The notes beneath the pieces were generated by a model. The model did not search any database. It was not told the DNA's origin and saw nothing but the letters and a program-made list of their open reading frames with translations. A program made the translations under genes and the position numbers. Of a stretch of 59,987 nucleotides of DNA, positions 55,040 to 59,987 are shown piece after piece. Position 1 is the stretch's first letter, and each line of letters starts with the position of its first letter. Source of the stretch: Octopus sinensis (Eukaryota); assembly GCF_006345805.1 (NCBI RefSeq), contig NW_021834544.1:1-59987 (forward strand), given 5' to 3'.

Positions 55040-56192
55040 AAAAAAGGAATTCGATTGCTAATGTTGAGGAAGAAAGAATTTTTATGGAGAACCAAATTCC
55101 AGAAAATTTCCAAACCATTTGATCTAAAATCACATTCATTTATTGCAGGGCCAACATCTGGCACCCGACAATTAAACAACCGCTTTAAAGTAATTATGGA
55201 ACCATTGTGCAAATTGGTCTCTAGTTCCATCAGAGATGACATGGAATTCCTAAACTATGTTGCAGAAAGCGTAGATAAAGAGACGATGCTAGTTAGTTTC
55301 GATGTAACCAGTCTCTACATATATGTCCTCCTATGTACTAGGATTGGAAGCACTAGAATTCTGAATAGAGAAATACCCCAAAAAGAATTCAGGAGAGATT
55401 CCCACCAAAATTCATTCCTGAAAGGTTACTTTGATACTGGAAAACGACTTTCTTCTTTGATAAACAATAATACCTACAAGTATCAGGTACAGCCTTGGAA
55501 ACGAAAGTCGCACTCACATTTGCAACACCAGTAATGGGATTTCCAGAAGAAAAGTCTCTATCTTTTCTGGAATTATTTTTGATCAATATTCCTGATCCTA
55601 TTTAATAGGAAGCTGGAAAATATTTCTGAATGACTGCTTTATGTTTCGGAAAAAAACCAAGGTGGACTTTGCCAGATTCCTTAAATTAATAAATAGCATT
55701 CAAGAATAGATTCAGTTCAATATGAAAACGAATGAAAGGGAACTTCTTGTTTTTTTTTTGGTCATTCTGATAATTAAAGAAAATGAGTCAGTTATAACCA
55801 ATCACTACTAAGACTCAGACAAATACGAATATTTAGATTTTTACCTTCCGTCCAATACTGAAACACTTAATTTAATACGGCAAGATATATATGCTCAGTA
55901 TCACAGACCTCAAATAGACAAGATAAACGACTGGTTGAACTAAATATGTTCCTTCAGAAACGAAAATACCTCCAAAATTTAATAAATCATGCTATAATCA
56001 AGCAAAAGGCATCTGAAACTGTCTAACGGAGAAACACTCACAATCAGGTTGAAAGCAAAAACAAAAACAGAAGTATTCATCTGGAGTCACCCACGATCCT
56101 AGAAACTACTACATCTTACATTCGGCCAAACGATACCTTCCAATTCTATATCAATCATCGAATTTCTGGCAAATAATTAAATAATAATAATG

Positions 56193-56255
<63 letters not shown>

Positions 56256-57420
56256 GGGCTACAGCAAATATTCTGCTCAATACCACAAATTTGTTTGTCA
56301 GTTGTTTGACCTTAACCATTTGAACATGTCCCTCAGTGGCTGACGATATGTGCACCTCTGATCACGAGCAGAAGTAGTGGGGGAGCATCATAGCCATGTG
56401 TTGAGAGGGATTCTTTGGGGTTTGGATAATTCACCTCTGGAAACATGGGTGGTTCTTTCAACATCCTTAAACAACCCTTATTCAGGGACCTTTTGAGCGG
56501 GATGGGCTACTCGACCAGAGGAAAATTCTAACTGGGCCTCACCTGCAAGGTCATGCGCTGTTTATCTTGATATGAGCTCGCCATGTCGCGCACATATGGT
56601 TTGTGATGCATGTGCCTAGTGTACACTTATCAGACGGGTAGTCATGATGGGTATATTGGGCTTCGTATATTTTACCCCAGTGTCACTTTGATGGCATGAA
56701 CTGCTCTCTCACTCAATAATAATAATATATTATAAACCCTGAAACAGCTCTTTTCCCTTAAAGAGAATCTCTTCTTCTTTGTAAACTATCTCTCTCTCTC
56801 TCTCTCTTTCTGCTTACTCTGAAAGCAACTGTAGGCGGCAGCACCAACAGACTCTAGTCAAAATTTCCCACTCATGAATTAAAAAATCACAAATCATCAA
56901 TAGCCGAAGAGTCACCAAATCTCAAAAGACTCCTCACAAAGGCGCGATTCACATCGGAGAAAGTAATAATGCAGGTAACAAACGTGGGACGTGAGAAATA
57001 ATTGAAAGACTGACGAAAAAATTCAAAAATGTGAAGGATTTGAAGGTGAATACATATATGAACACAAAACACAAAATCTCATCTACCGCATCAGAATCCC
57101 ACAATGAAATGAAAATTACATCGGAGAAACAGGATCAACATCAACTAACTAATTGGGTGAGAGTACACAGACTGCAAATGAAAGATTCATATCTTAGAAA
57201 CGCTCTATGCAGTGAACAAAAAGAAGAAAATTATCAACCATTAAAAAGTAAAAGAAGAAAAAATTATAAGAATTGTAAATTTGAAACTCAACTGTAAAAA
57301 TCAACACCATTACTAAAAACACACTTCCTCTTTACAGAGTAGCCCATAATACAAGTGTCTGATGAGTTGAACAGCAATAGCGCTTATACACAATACATCT
57401 CAAAAGGTTCGTGGCACTCT
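55040..57420 (+). mobile_element. Decayed Penelope-like retroelement, interrupted at ~56180-56727
   Basis: IAGPTS, IRDDMEFL, LVSFDVTSLY, SGTALETKVALTFA and NLKRLLTKARF; decayed hammerhead gtgtCTGATGAg...gtggcac at 57355-57417. Confidence 0.8.
56255..56714 (+). mobile_element. (TAA)n-embedded retro-fragment, copy 3 (more 5'-truncated)
   Basis: Starts at gggctacagcaaatattc; same 3' end. Confidence 0.8.
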
Positions 57421-58071
57421 GTTTCTTAAAAATGTATTTTTAAAAATTATTTTTGATTACTAATAACTTTTAAGAAAGTCTTCCTTTAAATATTGTAACT
57501 GTGTCAAAAATTGTTTGAAAATACACACACACACACATACACAGGACAAGTTTCTTCAGTCGCTGTCAACCAAATCCACTAACAATGCACACACACACAC
57601 ACACACACACACAGAGGAAAGTTTCTTCAGTCGCTGTCAACCAAAACCACTCACAAAGCACACACACACACACACATACACACACGTACACACATACACA
57701 CATACACACACACAGACATACACACACACATATACACACACAGACACACACACACATGATGGGTTTCTTTTAGTTTCCGTCTACCGAACCCACTCACAAG
57801 GTTTTTGGTCGACCGAAGATGTACTAGAAGACATTTGCCCAAGTTGCCACGCAGTGGGACTGAACCCGGATTCATGCGGTTGGGGAGCAAGCTTCTTGCA
57901 ACACAGCCACGCCCGCTTCTATGTGCAATATTGAAACATTTACTTACATGCCTACATTCTCAAGAAAAAAGTATATGCTTCGCTGATATGGCCATAATAA
58001 CACCGAAATATGCCCGAACTTATCTTCCTTACTCATTATAAATGATCTTGATCATAGAATTATATCGATTA

Positions 58072-58468
58072 CTAGCAGTATCGCCCGGCGTTGCTCGGGT
58101 TTGTAAGGGAAATAACTATAAAGCATTTTTAGAGAGTTATAGCCAAAAATAAGCAATAAAATGAATTAAAAATGGAAAAAAATTATGGTAAATTTTTAAA
58201 AAAATCGTTGACTCATCGTAGACATTTTTAGAGAGTTACCTCCCTTATATAATAGCGAAAAAATGCATTAAAATGGAAAAAAAATGATGGTAAATCATTT
58301 AAAAAATCGTACACTCATCGTAGACGCGCGCTAATACCCAGAAGGGCTCGATATGAATCACGACTATAAGATACCCGGCTTTGGTTAAACTGCACCGCAA
58401 AATGTGGGAGTAGTTAGGAATCTAAATCGTAGGAGACAGACACACAACCTTACTTTTATATATAAAGA
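58072..58468 (-). mobile_element. Non-autonomous Helitron
   Basis: Same termini as 8537-8921 (ctagcagtatcgcccggcgttgctcggg ... ttttatatataaaga on +). Confidence 0.85.
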
Positions 58469-58576
58469 TTAATATTGTTTCTTTTTTCTTTACTCCATGA
58501 TTATTTCCAGTTAAAATGTTGATGCTGGCACTATCTGTGTCTCCATATTTATTGTCACAATCGTTTCTGGTTAATC

Positions 58577-58821
58577 TTTCGAGAGAACATCACATAATCC
58601 CTTTTTGGAACAGTGGATCCCGAAGCACATGAAGCTATAAATAATAGCGTGTAAATATTGGGCTGAAAAAACCCTTTTGGATAGAAAAGTCGAAGGCTAC
58701 CCAATATTTAAGGACTATTATTTATGGCTTTATGTCCAATATTTACATGCTCTCATTTAAGGCCTTATGTGCTTCGGGATCCACTATTCTAAAAAGGAAT
58801 TATTTCACGTTCTCTCGAAAG
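58577..58821. mobile_element. MITE with long terminal inverted repeats
   Basis: ctttcgagagaac...gtggatcccgaagcacat...gtaaatattgg versus ccaatatttac...atgtgcttcgggatccac...gttctctcgaaag. Confidence 0.65.
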
Positions 58822-59312
58822 TTTATAAATTCTTATGACGTTACCAGTTAGTTAACTATTCAATGGTTTCAGTAAAATATAGCACAAACTGAACTATTTG
58901 TCTGTTTGCACCTCTTCCACTTAATTATTTCTTATGAGTTTATTCATGTTTCATGTATTAAATATACTTTCACTATCTGAAATACTGTTTGTCTGTTTGT
59001 CTCATCACGTAATTATTTCTCATTAGCTTTTTAATAATCTGTGCATTAAATGTGCAAACACCAGCTTAACTATTTCTCTTACTCTAATTATTTCTAGCTA
59101 GTTTTTTTTTAATACTCTGTCTATCAAACGTTAGCGCTAAGTTAACCACGTGTGTTAAATATGCTAAAGCGAACATAAATATGGGTGTTAAGCATGCTAA
59201 CAGTAACTTATTTGTCTCAATATAATTACTTCTAGTTAGCTATTTAATAATATTTATATCGAATATGTTAACACTAATTTAACTATGAGTGTGAGTTGAG
59301 CGAGGTCTGAGA

Positions 59313-59987
59313 AAGTACTTGACAGAGTCAGAACCAAGTTAGACCTTAGTAAATTATAGCAGTAAAACCAAAATATATATGCTGTATACAATGTTGAAGT
59401 ACAGACGGTCAAAATACTTCGAAGAACTATTTTACTCGACGTTAGAGGGAAAATGGTACAATATTTCTATCTCAACATTTTATCGAAGTACTTGACAGAG
59501 TCAGAACCAAGTTAGACCTTAGTCAATTATAGCAGTAAAACCAAAATATATATGCTGTATACAATGTTGAAGTACAGACGGTCAAAATACTTCGAAGAAC
59601 TATTTTACTCGACGTTAGAGGGAAAATGGTACAATATTTCTATCTCAACATTTTATCGAAGTACTTGACAGAGTCAGAACCAAGTTAGACCTTAGTAAAT
59701 TATAGCAGTAAAACCAAAATATATATGCTGTATACAATGTTGAAGTACAGACGGTCAAAATACTTCGAAGAACTATTTTACTCGACGTTAGAGGGAAAAT
59801 GGTACAATATTTCTATCTCAACATTTTATCGAAGTACTTGACAGAGTCAGAACCAAGTTAGACCTTAGTAAATTATAGCAGTAAAACCAAAATATATATG
59901 CTGTATACAATGTTGAAGTACAGACGGTCAAAATACTTCGAAGAACTATTTTACTCGACGTTAGAGGGAAAATGGTACAATATTTCT
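59313..59987. repeat. 173-bp tandem repeat (satellite-like), ~3.9 units, runs off the window
   Basis: aagtacttgacagagtcag starts at 59313, 59486, 59659 and 59832; units nearly identical. Confidence 0.95.

Noticed and set aside
59313-59987. CRISPR-like regular repeat
   Set aside because: No unique spacers, eukaryotic context and no cas genes

Overview
AT-rich, microsatellite-dense eukaryotic genomic DNA made almost entirely of interspersed and simple repeats. The SINE families and SSR density are most consistent with a cephalopod (Octopus-like) genome; this is an inference. No intact host gene is visible, and nearly all long ORFs in the track are translations of simple repeats. The only host-gene-derived coding sequence is a 70-codon 5' fragment of SCCPDH (4561-4770) with no usable splice donor. 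Recognisable elements: several mariner/Tc1 DNA transposons (one full-length with TIRs and TA TSD, 12612-13895), non-autonomous Helitrons, RTE LINEs (one with a twin-priming 5' inversion, one with three C-terminal C2H2 fingers), R4/Dong-like and Tx1-like LINE remnants, Penelope-like elements, several tRNA-SINE families, a (TAA)n-targeting ~0.5 kb retro-fragment in three copies, and a homogeneous 173-bp tandem array at the right edge. The most interesting signal is a set of type I hammerhead ribozyme motifs (CUGANGA...GAAAC-palindrome-GUH) with extended stem II. Five are well formed (four families) and several are decayed; most sit in foldback or repeat modules typical of Penelope-like termini.
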